IMG/VR virus record: IMGVR_UViG_3300023181_000035
Span: 1-54,693 of that record
DNA: 54,693 nt
DNA from: a virus
Lineage: Duplodnaviria > Caudoviricetes
Direction: 5' to 3' (one strand)
Below are positions 9,812-20,844 of this stretch, piece after piece. The notes below the pieces were generated by a model. The model ran no database searches. It saw only the letters and a program-made list of their open reading frames with translations, and was not told the DNA's origin. A program made the translations under genes and the position numbers. Numbering within the stretch: position 1 is the stretch's first letter; the number at the start of each line of letters is the position of its first letter.

Positions 9812-10244
9812 TGTACCTTCGGGTTATGAAATTGATCAAGAAAAATCCACATTTGAAAATATTGTGTTTAAAGAGACGGTCAAAAATATCAGAGAACGTA
9901 TCCAGTCAATGAAGGATGTTTATGTATTAAATAATACTACTGAAGAAATATTTAAAAAAGCAGTAGAAAATTTAACTTCAGATGAGATAGGTTATAAAAA
10001 AGTAAAATTAATTGTGTCAGCTTATAATCAAGGAAAATTGCCAGATTTTAGTGATGGAACTTACAAGTATACTCCTTATTTCCAAATGAAGGAAAATGGC
10101 TTCCGCTACTATAATTGCAACGATTGGCCTTCTCGCTCGAATTCTTCATCCCGCCTCCTTTTTGTCGGCTCAGAGGCTAAAGAAAATATGTTAGACGCAG
10201 TTGAGAAATTTTTACCTGAATATAAACAATACCAATTAGGATAA
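9792..10244 (+). CDS. DGR target protein 2 (150 aa)
   Basis: Contains VR2 encoding FRYYNCNDWPSRSNSSSR; overlaps the RT 3' end; paralog of target 1 with a different N-terminus. Confidence 0.85.
   Translation: MKTMKINVPSGYEIDQEKSTFENIVFKETVKNIRERIQSMKDVYVLNNTTEEIFKKAVENLTSDEIGYKKVKLIVSAYNQGKLPDFSDGTYKYTPYFQMKENGFRYYNCNDWPSRSNSSSRLLFVGSEAKENMLDAVEKFLPEYKQYQLG
10100..10154 (+). repeat. DGR variable repeat VR2
   Basis: 55-nt ungapped match to TR with 11 mismatches, all at TR adenines (5 A>G, 3 A>C, 3 A>T). Confidence 0.92.
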
Positions 10245-10245
10245 C

Positions 10246-11184
10246 ATGAATCAAACATTTAAGAGAATCAACGAAGAAAGAGTATTATTCTTCGATTTAG
10301 AAGTTGCGAGAAAATCAAAGGAATTAGATGTAAACTCTAGAGAATTTGAGCTGTATCAAAAGAAAATCAGAAACAAAGAAACTGAGGAATTATTACCAGA
10401 TTTAGAAGTGGTAGAAGAATATAGAAAAAAGGCTGCCTTAAAAATGGGCTACACAAAAATAGTTTCTATAGGTGTTGGTTTTATAAAAGGCGAAGAACTA
10501 CATATTAAAGCACTTGAAGGGACAGAAGAAGAACTTATAGAACAATTTTGTAAAATAGCTAATAGTTTTGATTATGTTTGCGGTGTAAATATTTTAGGAT
10601 ATGACTTACCAATAACTGTAAACAATGGAATGAAATATTTTGATATGACGGAAATTCTTTCAGATCGTTTTATTACTTCTGGGAAAAAGCCCTGGAATTT
10701 GGATAGAGTATTGGATCTTATGGATATATTTAAAGGTACACACTACTCTAACAGCTCTTTAGATGAATTATGTTTTCATTTTGGTATAGAGTCTCCAAAG
10801 TCAGATTTAGATGGCTCTAAAGTATCAGAAGAGTATTGGACGAATGGTATTGTAAAAATAAATAAATATGTAAAACAAGATGTTTTCGCTAGTGTTAATT
10901 TATTTAAGAAAATGCGTTTTGAAAAAGTATTTGAAGATTTTATTGATAAGAATGGCAATGATAACTTCGAAATTAAGAAAAATGCAATATCTAAACTATA
11001 TGATAATAGTAATTTCCCTAAAGAATTAAAAGAAGAGTTTATTAAGTCTTTAGTTAACTTAACAGATGAAGATAGAGAAAATTCTAAAAAGATAATTTTG
11101 GCTCACTATCAGAAAAAAGGAGATAAAGTTGCAATAAAAAAGGAAAAAGAAAAAGAAGTTAATGATTTTATAAATTCAATTTAA
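10246..11184 (+). CDS. PolB-like DEDD 3'-5' exonuclease
   Basis: FFDLEV (ExoI), NILGYDLP (ExoII), YVKQDV (ExoIII). Confidence 0.8.
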   Translation: MNQTFKRINEERVLFFDLEVARKSKELDVNSREFELYQKKIRNKETEELLPDLEVVEEYRKKAALKMGYTKIVSIGVGFIKGEELHIKALEGTEEELIEQFCKIANSFDYVCGVNILGYDLPITVNNGMKYFDMTEILSDRFITSGKKPWNLDRVLDLMDIFKGTHYSNSSLDELCFHFGIESPKSDLDGSKVSEEYWTNGIVKINKYVKQDVFASVNLFKKMRFEKVFEDFIDKNGNDNFEIKKNAISKLYDNSNFPKELKEEFIKSLVNLTDEDRENSKKIILAHYQKKGDKVAIKKEKEKEVNDFINSI

Positions 11185-11972
11185 TGATAATTTTACCAGG
11201 CCAGTATACAGAAGGAATTTGGAAAAGAGGGGGTTCAGTCCCACAACATGAAAAATACATAGGAAAATATTATACCAGTTGGTCTAGTATAGAATCTTTT
11301 AATGATAAGTCAGGTTTTAATACAGGTTTATTAGGGGAATTTGAGTACATTTTAAACAAATTTTCTGGTATTAAGTTTCCCGATCTCGGATGGGGTCAGT
11401 ATGGTAGTGAAACAGAGGCTTATATTACATTAAGAGATCGGGAAGATTTATCAGATATTGACGAGAAAGTACAACAAGAATTTAAGGACGCCATAAATAA
11501 TTTCTCTGATAAAGAAAAAAAGCTATTAAATCAAATACAACCCTTAGGCGTTTTTCAAACCGAAATATGTTATTATATAGAAGAGATTGATATAATATTA
11601 CTTGGTTATGTAGATGATCACTCTCCTATTGTAGATGGAAAAATTAAAATGTTACGCGATTATAAGACTAAATCGGAATCTTCTAAAAAAGATTTACATG
11701 ACCCAAAAAAGCATCAAATTGAGGGCTATGTGTTGGGGTTTAATCAGGAAGGCTATGAAGTAGAGAATGCAGAATATTGCATAATTGAACGTAATGGTGG
11801 TAGAGAGTGTATGCAAGGAGGAGGAAGAGAATCTTTATCAGTGGGTGATAGAATTTGGTATGAGAAATATAATTGGGACGAGGCCAGATTAAAAGTTACA
11901 CACCAAATGATAATTGATACTGCTAAAAGAATTTCATCCTTATATTCTACATATAAAAAATACTTCGTTTAA
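11184..11972 (+). CDS. PD-(D/E)XK nuclease (Cas4/RecB-like phage exonuclease)
   Basis: SWSSI, E...GYVDD...RDYKT...HQIEGY motif order. Confidence 0.65.
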   Translation: MIILPGQYTEGIWKRGGSVPQHEKYIGKYYTSWSSIESFNDKSGFNTGLLGEFEYILNKFSGIKFPDLGWGQYGSETEAYITLRDREDLSDIDEKVQQEFKDAINNFSDKEKKLLNQIQPLGVFQTEICYYIEEIDIILLGYVDDHSPIVDGKIKMLRDYKTKSESSKKDLHDPKKHQIEGYVLGFNQEGYEVENAEYCIIERNGGRECMQGGGRESLSVGDRIWYEKYNWDEARLKVTHQMIIDTAKRISSLYSTYKKYFV

Positions 11973-11974
11973 TC

Positions 11975-12006
11975 TTTGGTTAATTAAAATAATAGTTGTA
12001 AGTTTG
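11975..12006 (+). promoter_or_regulatory. Bacteroidota-type promoter
   Basis: TTTG-N20-TAAGTTTG. Confidence 0.65.
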
Positions 12007-12136
12007 CAACTGTTTCTAAACCCTTTTTTCGCGGAAATAATGAATAGTAATGACAACTTTGAATTTAACACGTACGAAATAGTGATTTTTTTTATTTTGT
12101 TCGTTACAATAATACTAATTTTAAATTAAAATAATT

Positions 12137-12439
12137 ATGGCACAATGGTACGACGAAGATATGCCTGGTCAAGAGTGTCCTTATACAAGAGATAACAGGA
12201 TAGCGATGGAAAATTACTTTGAAGGTTTAAATTCTAAGGTTAATCAAGAAGAACCAAAAGTTACTCCAGAAATAGGCTCTAAATGGAGACATTACAATGG
12301 AATTCCATACACTGTTTTACATATAGCAAATGTAGGGGGTTCAGATAAATATCCAGAAACAGTTGTAATTCAAGGAGCTAATGGAAAAGTTTGGACAAGA
12401 GTTTTATCAGATTGGTATAGAAGTTTTAAATTAATATAA
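12137..12439 (+). CDS. DUF1653-like protein
   Basis: WRHYNG..YTVLHIAN......ETVV......KVWTR....W. Confidence 0.6.
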   Translation: MAQWYDEDMPGQECPYTRDNRIAMENYFEGLNSKVNQEEPKVTPEIGSKWRHYNGIPYTVLHIANVGGSDKYPETVVIQGANGKVWTRVLSDWYRSFKLI

Positions 12440-14041
12440 AATTATGCAGAAAGAAATTATAAGAATTACCACAATATCTCTAGATGAAGATACTCTTTTC
12501 AATGATATAAATGAAGTTATTAGTTATTTAAATAGGATAAAATCTCAGTATAAAAATGGAGAAACTATTTATTTAAATCAGGGGTGGTTTGGATATGAAG
12601 ACAATTATTTTGAAATTGTAGTTCAAAGACAAGAAACTGATGAAGAGTGTTTAGCAAGAGAAGAAGAAGCCAAACGTGAAAAAATCCGCGAAGAAAAAAG
12701 ATTAGAGGCTGAAGAATGTAAAAGAAAAAAGGCCGTTCAACAAAAGATAGATAATTTAAAGAAACAGTTATGAAAGGAATATTTGTAAGATTCAATTTAG
12801 AAAATGAAGATTGGACAGATGAGGAATACGAAAATCAAGAGGAAAGAGAGATATTCATCCCGATTTCAGTATTAAATGATCACATCAGAGACGCGCTTAA
12901 TCTGGATAGAAAAGAAAGTGTAGATAATATTTGGCAAATAAAAGAAGTACAATGACAACATACAAAATTATAGAAAGTCCTCCATACGATAAAGATGCTC
13001 CTAATACTTATTGGATTAAAAGAGAATTTAAACTGTTTGGTTTTACTTTTTCTTGCGGCGTAATAGGTGATTATAAAATGGATGACGACTACGGATATAT
13101 GGGGCAAATGCCTTTCTTTGATAGAGAATCGGCAACTGCTCGTTTTAGGTCTTTGACCGCGAAAAAAAGATTAGAAATATTAAAAGAATAAAATATGTAC
13201 ACGAGAGATGGCGGATTAATTTTAAAAGACGGAGTTGTATTATCTACAGTTGAAATAGTAGATTTATTAAATAAACTTCAAAAAGTAAATGACAAGTGGT
13301 ACGCTTTAGAAGAAAAAGTAGCCAAGTATTATGAACAACCAGATTATGGATATGAGGATGATTGGGAATATGATGAAGAGGAAGGTAATTTATGTGATAT
13401 TGGGCAAGACTGCGCAATTGCGTTTGGATATTTATAAACTTAAAAACAAATAAAATGAAAATAATTGAAACACATGAGTATAATAACTCAGATCATGATG
13501 ATGCTTCACGTGTAGAAATAGAATTGATAACGGATGAAGGAAAATATAATTTATCTCTAGGAGAATCTGAACCTGAAGATAACTATCTGTTTAGAGATTT
13601 AAATGATGTTTATTTTATATCTGATTTAATTCAGAAAGCTTATGAAGCGGGAAAAAGAGGAGAAATATTTGAATACGAGTTAATAGAAGATAAAGACAAT
13701 GAATAAAACATTTCAAAAACAAAGCACAATTAGTTTAGACTCTTCTCATCATTTAACGAGCGACGGAGATAATGGAATAATTTTAACCTTTCACGAAATA
13801 AGAGAGCGAGAAAAATTAGAAACAAAGAACGGTAAAAAAGTAAAGTCAGGTAAGACAGAGGAGTATTTATATGAAGGAAAACTCTATTTTACTAGAATTG
13901 TCAGCGCTTTAAAACACTTTGTAGACAAAACTCAAAATGAATCAAAAACATTAGAAGAGCTAATTTCAAAAGTAGATTATAATACTAAACTTTTAGAGCG
14001 TTTAGACAGAGAATTTAAGCAGTTTGATTAAAATTAAGTAG

Positions 14042-14073
14042 TTTGTATAAGTAGTATTATATTCTTATATTTG
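14042..14073 (+). promoter_or_regulatory. Bacteroidota-type promoter for nrdB-nrdA
   Basis: TTTG-N20-TATATTTG. Confidence 0.7.
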
Positions 14074-14078
14074 CATTC

Positions 14079-14110
14079 AAGACAGTGGATAGTTTTCTGC
14101 TGTCTTTTTT
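14079..14110 (+). terminator. Terminator-like hairpin in the nrdB leader
   Basis: aagacagtgga/tctgctgtctt stem (with G-U pairs) followed by a T-run. Confidence 0.55.
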
Positions 14111-14139
14111 ATTCGCCGAATTTTAAAAATTATAAATAA

Positions 14140-15111
14140 ATGAGTATTTTCGAAGAGAGAAGGAACTATAAACCTTTTGAATATGTAGGAGCCATAGAGT
14201 TAATGGAAAAAATTAACCATACCTATTGGCTACATTCTGAATTAACTTTCAATGCCGATAAGTCTGATTTTTTGCAATTACCTTTACATGAACGAGAAGC
14301 TGTAAGAAGAAGTTTATGTGCAATTTCAACTATAGAAGTAAAAGTAAAAAATTTCTGGACGCAATTAGGTGATCATTTTCCTAAACCTGAATTTGCAATG
14401 TTAGGAGTGACTGCGGGAGAGTCTGAAATCCGTCATTCTGAGAGTTACAGTAGATTGTTAACAGTTTTAGATTTAGAACAAGACTTCATAGATTCACTAA
14501 CGGTTTTACCTTTACAAGGAAGATTTGATTATTTAGAAAAATACTTAAAATTATCTCCTCATAATTCAGATAAAAGAAAATATATTGTTAAGTTAATTTT
14601 ATTTTCGGTATTAATAGAAAATGTGAGTTTATTTAGTCAATTTGCAACTATTATGTATTTCTATCGCCAAAAAGGGATAATGAAAGATATTCGAAATATT
14701 ATTAAATGGACTTCTATTGACGAACAATTACATTTTAATATTGGAGTTTATATAGTTGGAATATTAAGGCAGGAACATCCCGAATTATTTGATGAAGAAC
14801 TGGCAGATATTGTTAGAAAAGCGTGTATAAAATCTGTAAAATATGAAGAAAATATTTTAAATTGGATTTTTGAAGAAGGAGAATTAGAAAACCTATCTAA
14901 AAAAAATCTTCTTTATTATATGGAGAGTAGGGTAAATGATTCCATGACTTCTATGGGATTTAATAAGATTTTTGAAGAAGGGAGAGATTTAAGTAAAACT
15001 GATTTCTTTTTTGAAGAGGTATTTGCTGACAGTATGGATGATTTTTTCTGTAATAGGCCTGTAGATTACACATTAGGAGATAAGAGTATAACAAGTGATG
15101 ATTTGTTTTAA
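14140..15111 (+). CDS. nrdB: Ribonucleotide reductase class I beta subunit
   Basis: KPFEY, W...E, ESEIRHSESY, IENVSLFSQF, DEQLH di-metal ligands, DFF..RPVDY tail. Confidence 0.92.
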   Translation: MSIFEERRNYKPFEYVGAIELMEKINHTYWLHSELTFNADKSDFLQLPLHEREAVRRSLCAISTIEVKVKNFWTQLGDHFPKPEFAMLGVTAGESEIRHSESYSRLLTVLDLEQDFIDSLTVLPLQGRFDYLEKYLKLSPHNSDKRKYIVKLILFSVLIENVSLFSQFATIMYFYRQKGIMKDIRNIIKWTSIDEQLHFNIGVYIVGILRQEHPELFDEELADIVRKACIKSVKYEENILNWIFEEGELENLSKKNLLYYMESRVNDSMTSMGFNKIFEEGRDLSKTDFFFEEVFADSMDDFFCNRPVDYTLGDKSITSDDLF

Positions 15112-15127
15112 TATATAAAAATAGTAA

Positions 15128-16777
15128 ATGGAAGTTAGTAAGTATTGGTGGTTAAATGAAGAAAGTTCGGATATGCTCGAAAGAGGGTATTTATTAAAAG
15201 AACAAACAGTTGAAGAGAAGTTAAATTTAATTTGTACACATGCAAGTAATATTCTTAAACGGCCTGATTTAAAAGACAGGTTTGTAGAGGTTTTTGAAAA
15301 TGGATGGGCGAGTTTAAGTTCTCCTATATGGGCAAATTTTGGAGAACAAAGGGCTTTACCCATTTCCTGTTTTTCTAGTTTTATCCCTGACAGTTTAAGT
15401 GGAATATACTCTTCTTTAAAAGAAGTAGCCATAATGACACAACAAGGAGGAGGAACAGCAGGTTATTTTGATTTAAGACCTGTAGGTGCAAAAGTTAAAG
15501 GTGGTGCTACATCTTCAGGAGCAATGAGTTTCATAGGGTTATATGACTCAACAATTGAAGTTGTAAAACAAAATAATGTAAGAAGAGGTGCTTTTGCTGC
15601 TTATATGGAAATTGACCATCCAGAAATTAAAGATTTTCTAGAAATAAAAGACAAAGGGCATAAAATGCAAACCCTAAATACTGCTGTAAATGTTTCAGAT
15701 TTATGGATGGAAGAAATGATTGCAGGGAATAAAGAAAAAAGAGATGTTTGGGCTTTGGTTTTGAAATCCAGAAGAGAAAAAGGAATTCCTTATATTAACT
15801 TTACAGACAATATTAATAAAAGCAAACCGCAAGTTTATAAAGACAAAGAATTAAAAATATACCAATCTAATCTTTGTAATGAGATATTTCTTCCAACAAG
15901 TCCAGAAGAGTCACTAGTTTGTTGTCTTTTATCTATGAATGTTTATACTTATGATCAATGGAAAGACACAAATGCTGTGGAGTTAATGGTTTATTTTTTA
16001 GATGCTGTAATGCAAGATTTTATTAATAAAGCAGAAAATGTAGAAGGAATGGAACGTGCTGTAAGATTTGCAAAAAAACATAGAGCTTTAGGATTAGGAG
16101 TTTTGGGTTATTTTTCTTATTTGCAAAAAAATAGTATTGCTTTTGAATCTTTTGAGGCGCAACAATTTAATACAAAACTGTTTAAAGAACTGCAAGAAAA
16201 AGCAATAAATGCATCAAAAAAACTAGCTAATGAGTACGGAGAGCCTGAATTATTAAAAGGCTATGGTATGAGAAATACAACTTTAATAGCTTTAGCGCCA
16301 ACAACTAGTTCAAGTAGTATATTAGGTCAAGTGAGTCCAAGTATTGAACCACTAAAATCTAACTATTTTGTGGCAGGACTAGCTAAAGGAAGTTTTCCTA
16401 GAAAAAATAAAGAGCTGGAAAAAATACTAGAGTTAAAAGGAGAAAATACTCCAGAAGTGTGGAAATCTATTGCTACGAATAGAGGATCTGTACAGCATTT
16501 AACCTTTCTATCAGATCATGAAAAAACTGTTTTTAAAACGTTTGAAGAAATATCTCCGTTATCTGTTATTCAACAAGCAAGTGCAAGGCAACCATACATC
16601 TGTCAAGGTCAGAGTTTAAACTTATTAATACCTAATGAAGTAGAAATAAAACAAATAAATTCCTGGATTATAGAAGCTTGGCGATTAGGTATTAAAGGCC
16701 TGTATTATCAAAGAGGAACTTCCATTGCAAAAGATGCTGTTTTAAAGATGTTGGAGTGTAACATGTGTGAAGCTTAA
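15128..16777 (+). CDS. nrdA: Ribonucleotide reductase class I alpha subunit (no ATP-cone visible)
   Basis: PISCF, GGGTA, RRGAFAAY, SNLCNEI (thiyl-radical Cys), APTTSSS, GLYY, C-terminal CNMCEA. Confidence 0.95.
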   Translation: MEVSKYWWLNEESSDMLERGYLLKEQTVEEKLNLICTHASNILKRPDLKDRFVEVFENGWASLSSPIWANFGEQRALPISCFSSFIPDSLSGIYSSLKEVAIMTQQGGGTAGYFDLRPVGAKVKGGATSSGAMSFIGLYDSTIEVVKQNNVRRGAFAAYMEIDHPEIKDFLEIKDKGHKMQTLNTAVNVSDLWMEEMIAGNKEKRDVWALVLKSRREKGIPYINFTDNINKSKPQVYKDKELKIYQSNLCNEIFLPTSPEESLVCCLLSMNVYTYDQWKDTNAVELMVYFLDAVMQDFINKAENVEGMERAVRFAKKHRALGLGVLGYFSYLQKNSIAFESFEAQQFNTKLFKELQEKAINASKKLANEYGEPELLKGYGMRNTTLIALAPTTSSSSILGQVSPSIEPLKSNYFVAGLAKGSFPRKNKELEKILELKGENTPEVWKSIATNRGSVQHLTFLSDHEKTVFKTFEEISPLSVIQQASARQPYICQGQSLNLLIPNEVEIKQINSWIIEAWRLGIKGLYYQRGTSIAKDAVLKMLECNMCEA

Positions 16778-16784
16778 ACCAACC

Positions 16785-16818
16785 AAATCCTCCAATAAAA
16801 CGGGGGATTTTTTATTTT
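16785..16818 (+). terminator. Rho-independent terminator after nrdA
   Basis: aaatcctcc/gggggattt stem plus T-tract. Confidence 0.75.
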
Positions 16819-16840
16819 AGGTAAAGTTTTTACAAAAAAG

Positions 16841-16872
16841 CTTGTGAGATAAATAAATTAATTGTAAGTTTG
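16841..16872 (+). promoter_or_regulatory. Bacteroidota-type promoter
   Basis: CTTG-N20-TAAGTTTG. Confidence 0.65.
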
Positions 16873-17504
16873 CAAAGTACAAATTGAAAACACAAATAAA
16901 TATATGGAAAAATGTCCTGAATGCCAGTCAGAAGTGATTACAAATGAAGCTTTAGAAATGTGCGATGAGTGTTGGGAGAATGTTATGAATGCTTGCATAC
17001 CTAGAAATTATAAAAAATAAGAGATATGAAAAAATACACGATCATTTATCAAAATGGCCACATAGTCAGTTTACAATATTTGAAATGTGAACCTTCAGCT
17101 ATTTTAGAAGAGATAGGAAAATGGACAGATGTTACAAATGTATGGTTTTTATTAGACGGCCATTGTAAACAAACAAAAGATTAATATGACATCATTAGAA
17201 TTAATTAGACAAGACGAGAGTGGAGTTTATTGTGAACAAGATATAGCTTGGATGCTTATTAAATTTGCAAAATATCATGTGGAGAAGGCTTTGAAAGAGG
17301 CTAGTGAAAATGTTAGGGCAAGAACAAGAAAAGATGTTGATTATCTAGATATGAATGACGATTGGAGAGAGGTAGATAAAGACTCTATTTTAAATGCTTA
17401 TCCACTAGAAAATATTAAATAATGACAGACCAAGAACAACGGAAAGCAAACATTACTTTCGTTAAAACAGTTGTAGTAACATTAATCATATTAGGAATTA
17501 TAAT

Positions 17505-17699
17505 TTGGCGCATAAATACAGTAAAATAACGAAAGAATCTGTTTTAAAGCTTTTTTCGCGCGAAAAACAAGTAATAAACAGAAATTACATAGCAAAACAA
17601 TTAAACTGTTCTGTATATAGCGTAAGAATAGCCTTAGAGCAATTAAAAGACGATAATAAAATTAAATTAAGTAATCATGGATATATTAAAAACAATTAA
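17505..17699 (+). CDS. Small winged-HTH DNA-binding protein
   Basis: NRNYIAKQLNCSVYSVRIALEQLKDDNKI HTH pattern; TTG start. Confidence 0.55.
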   Translation: MAHKYSKITKESVLKLFSREKQVINRNYIAKQLNCSVYSVRIALEQLKDDNKIKLSNHGYIKNN

Positions 17700-18666
17700 A
17701 TATTACAACAATCGCCCTGTATTAGTTTTACAAAAACATGAAGTAGCTGATTTTTATCAAATACTCGTAGATATCGAAATACAAGATATTGATTTAGATC
17801 ATATCGCAGAATCTTTCAGAGGTTGTGATGCTTGTATGGTTGGTCATAAATCTACATGTTATTGCGACGAATCAGTTGCAAAAGCCTATGATGTTGTAGA
17901 GCGAATTATCGAGGATTATAAAATAAAAGATTCGCAATTATTTTATGTTCCAGCTAAAGATTTAAAAGATACTCCTTTCGAATGGAGAGAAAACAAAGGT
18001 CTTGTTGATAAAATTAAAGGAAATAAAGATGTTCTTAACGGACTGATTGATATTGTTGCCGAAAATAAGAGCTTGATTAAGCAACAAGAAAAACAATTGT
18101 CTGACAACAAATCAGAAATTTATAAGATGGATGCTATTGTTGAGAACAGAAAATCTTTAACTGAAATGGTAATTAAGGATTACGATAAATTAAAATCAGA
18201 CATCGAAGAATTAGAGTCTAAAAAGGAATTAATTGTTGTTGATTCCGAGGTTAAAATTGAATATTCAGAGTATGAAAAATTACTAAAACGGGATGAAATA
18301 CTCTCTGCTTTGGAAATTGGTGGAGTTGATAATTGGGAATGGTATGGTGAATCACTTAAAGGTATAAATGATGAAGAATAATACAAGAGAATTAAGTGAA
18401 TTAGGCCAAGAAATAAGTAGAGATAAAACAGTACTTCTTCAAATAGCTATTGAATTAGGGTTATTAGAAGATAAATCACTATATCAATATGATTTTACAG
18501 ATTATGGTATATGGGGAAGTAATGATTCTTATGCAATTATTTCACCAACACAAAATACTATAATCAGAATACCTAAAGATGTAAATGAGTTTGAAAATTT
18601 ATCTTTTAAAATAGTAAAGAAATTAAAAGAACATGGATTTGATATTGGTAATTTAACACTATAAAA

Positions 18667-19017
18667 ATGAAATACAACGAATTAGAACCATTAGTTATTC
18701 AATGGGTAAAAGATAAAGGAATTTTAGAGAAAGCTACTCCATTAGCTCAAGCACATAAGACTTTTGAAGAAGTACAAGAATTATTAGAAGCGGTAGATGC
18801 ACAAGAAAATGATTATTATAAATTTACTAATAGTAAAGGTAAAGTTGTAAACACAAATGAAGAAATTTTGGATGCGCTAGGCGATATTCTTGTTACTATA
18901 ATTATTCAGGCCGAAATGCAAGGACTTAAATTAGAAGATTGTTTAGAGTCTGCTTATAATATAATTTCTAAACGTACAGGAAGTATGCAGAATGGTCAAT
19001 TTGTAAAAGACGAGTAG
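18667..19017 (+). CDS. MazG-like nucleotide pyrophosphohydrolase
   Basis: KTFEEVQEL...DALGDILVT...CLESAYNIISKRTG....GQFVKD. Confidence 0.8.
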   Translation: MKYNELEPLVIQWVKDKGILEKATPLAQAHKTFEEVQELLEAVDAQENDYYKFTNSKGKVVNTNEEILDALGDILVTIIIQAEMQGLKLEDCLESAYNIISKRTGSMQNGQFVKDE

Positions 19018-20253
19018 TATGAAAAAAGAAGTAACAGCTAAATTCACTTTGCTAGGCGATGAAATAAACGAAGCATTTTATGAAGTGTTTGTAAGAAAAA
19101 TGAAGGGTGCTAATATTAATGCAGCATTCTCACCAAAAGATATAAAAATAGACTTTAATGATTTTTTAGAAGTGTCACTAACAATAATAGAAGAAAAAGA
19201 AATAAACTGATATGTACTACAAAATAACGAACAAAGACTCAAAAGTGTATCAAGAACTCCACGCTTTGAGAACTAAAGAATTAAAAATAGAGGAAGATAA
19301 CATTAAGGCTATTGAAGAAAAGACTGGAATGACTTGGGATAATAGTTTTGGAAATCATGGCCAACAAACTTTTAGACGAGTTTCTTCTTATCAAGGATTT
19401 GAATTTAAAGAGACTGAAAAGATTGATCCTAAGATTTGGAAACAACATAAAGAGCATGCAGAACTATATGTTCCAAATACAAAAACTAAGCTTGGCCGAG
19501 AAATGCAAGAATTTCTAAATAACGGATTGCAAGGAAGTAGATATGATACAGTTATTAAGATTTTAGATTTACAAAAATTAAGAAGATTCACTTTTCCTTT
19601 TGTAGAAATTGTTGATGATTTAATTATTGTTTTTCTTGGTGATGATCATGAACCTAAAGATGAAAACGTAATAGAAATAACTAAGAAAGAGTTTCAAAGT
19701 TTAAGAGAAGAACTTGTTATTGTATAAATATGAAAGAAATAACCACATCAGAATTAAATATAACAGCTTACCAAAGAAATGCCATTGCTGTTGAAAGAAA
19801 AGATAATATTTGTATTGCTATTTTAAATACAGGCATAGAGGTAAATATTGTTTGTGAGACATCTAAAGATGCAAGTGATGTAGCTAACACAATACTATAT
19901 TATCCGACAGAAAAGGATAACTCAGCACATGAGTTTAGATTTAAATTCACCATAAAAATATTCCCTTAAATGAAAGCCTTTAAAATAAAAAACCAATACG
20001 ATCTATTTAGTACAGGAGGTAATAACCCCAGATGGACTAAAAGAGGTAAAACTTGGGGCAGTTTTCAAGCTTTAAAATTACATTTAAGACAGTTTTGCAG
20101 TAATAGAAAGTATGATGTTATTGATGGTAATTTTAGAGGTTATGATTTGTGGGAAAATAATATTGATTCTACGTGGGTTGTAATTGAATTATCAGAGGAA
20201 GGCCTTAAAGAATATTCGGCAAAAGAATTATATAAACCAACAGAAGAGGAACC

Positions 20254-20844
20254 ATGAGTTATATAAACTTAAACATATTATTATCCAGAAATATCAATCT
20301 AGAACAGTTGTGTGTAATACAATTAGCAAAACAAGCCAGAATAGAGGATGTTTCTGCCGTTCTAAGTGATCATAGTCTTTTAGTAGAGTACTTGGTTGAA
20401 AAAAAATATTTAGAGGTTATAAAGGGCAAAAAAGAGCAAAGTTATTTTCAGAAGATTCGAGCCACAAAAGAAGCAACAGAATTTCTTGACTTAGTAAGTA
20501 CTCCTATGGTGACTGATGGAGACGTTCAGCTATATCAGTACCTATGCGAAATGTATTTGAATGAAGATGCTACCAGAGCTTTAGGAAATAGGAAGGCAGG
20601 TTTGAGGTATTCTTCAGAATTTAGACAAATCATGGGTTTCAGTTTACATGAGGCCTACTACCTCTACGAAATGTTTATAAATAATGTAAATTTTACCAAG
20701 GTACTCGAGTATATATTCTTTTCGAAAAAAGATAATCCTTATGGTAAATTCAAAGACAATTTAGAAAGCTCTAAGATATATCAGTTTTGGATGGATAATG
20801 AACATGAAATCAGAGACTATTGGTCACAAAAAATAAAAGAGTAA
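20254..20844 (+). CDS. Hypothetical protein abutting the helicase gene (possible replication/loader protein)
   Basis: 196-aa ORF whose stop directly abuts the helicase ATG; function inferred from context only. Confidence 0.35.
   Translation: MSYINLNILLSRNINLEQLCVIQLAKQARIEDVSAVLSDHSLLVEYLVEKKYLEVIKGKKEQSYFQKIRATKEATEFLDLVSTPMVTDGDVQLYQYLCEMYLNEDATRALGNRKAGLRYSSEFRQIMGFSLHEAYYLYEMFINNVNFTKVLEYIFFSKKDNPYGKFKDNLESSKIYQFWMDNEHEIRDYWSQKIKE

Larger units (their letters stand above)
8105..10244 (+). mobile_element. Diversity-generating retroelement cassette (target1 - TR - RT - target2)
   Basis: DGR-type RT plus a TR and two VRs with adenine-only mismatches. Confidence 0.92.

Noticed and set aside
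11184-11972. PD-(D/E)XK nuclease as a CRISPR Cas4
   Set aside because: No complete four-Cys Fe-S pattern visible and no CRISPR context; an ordinary phage exonuclease is more likely.
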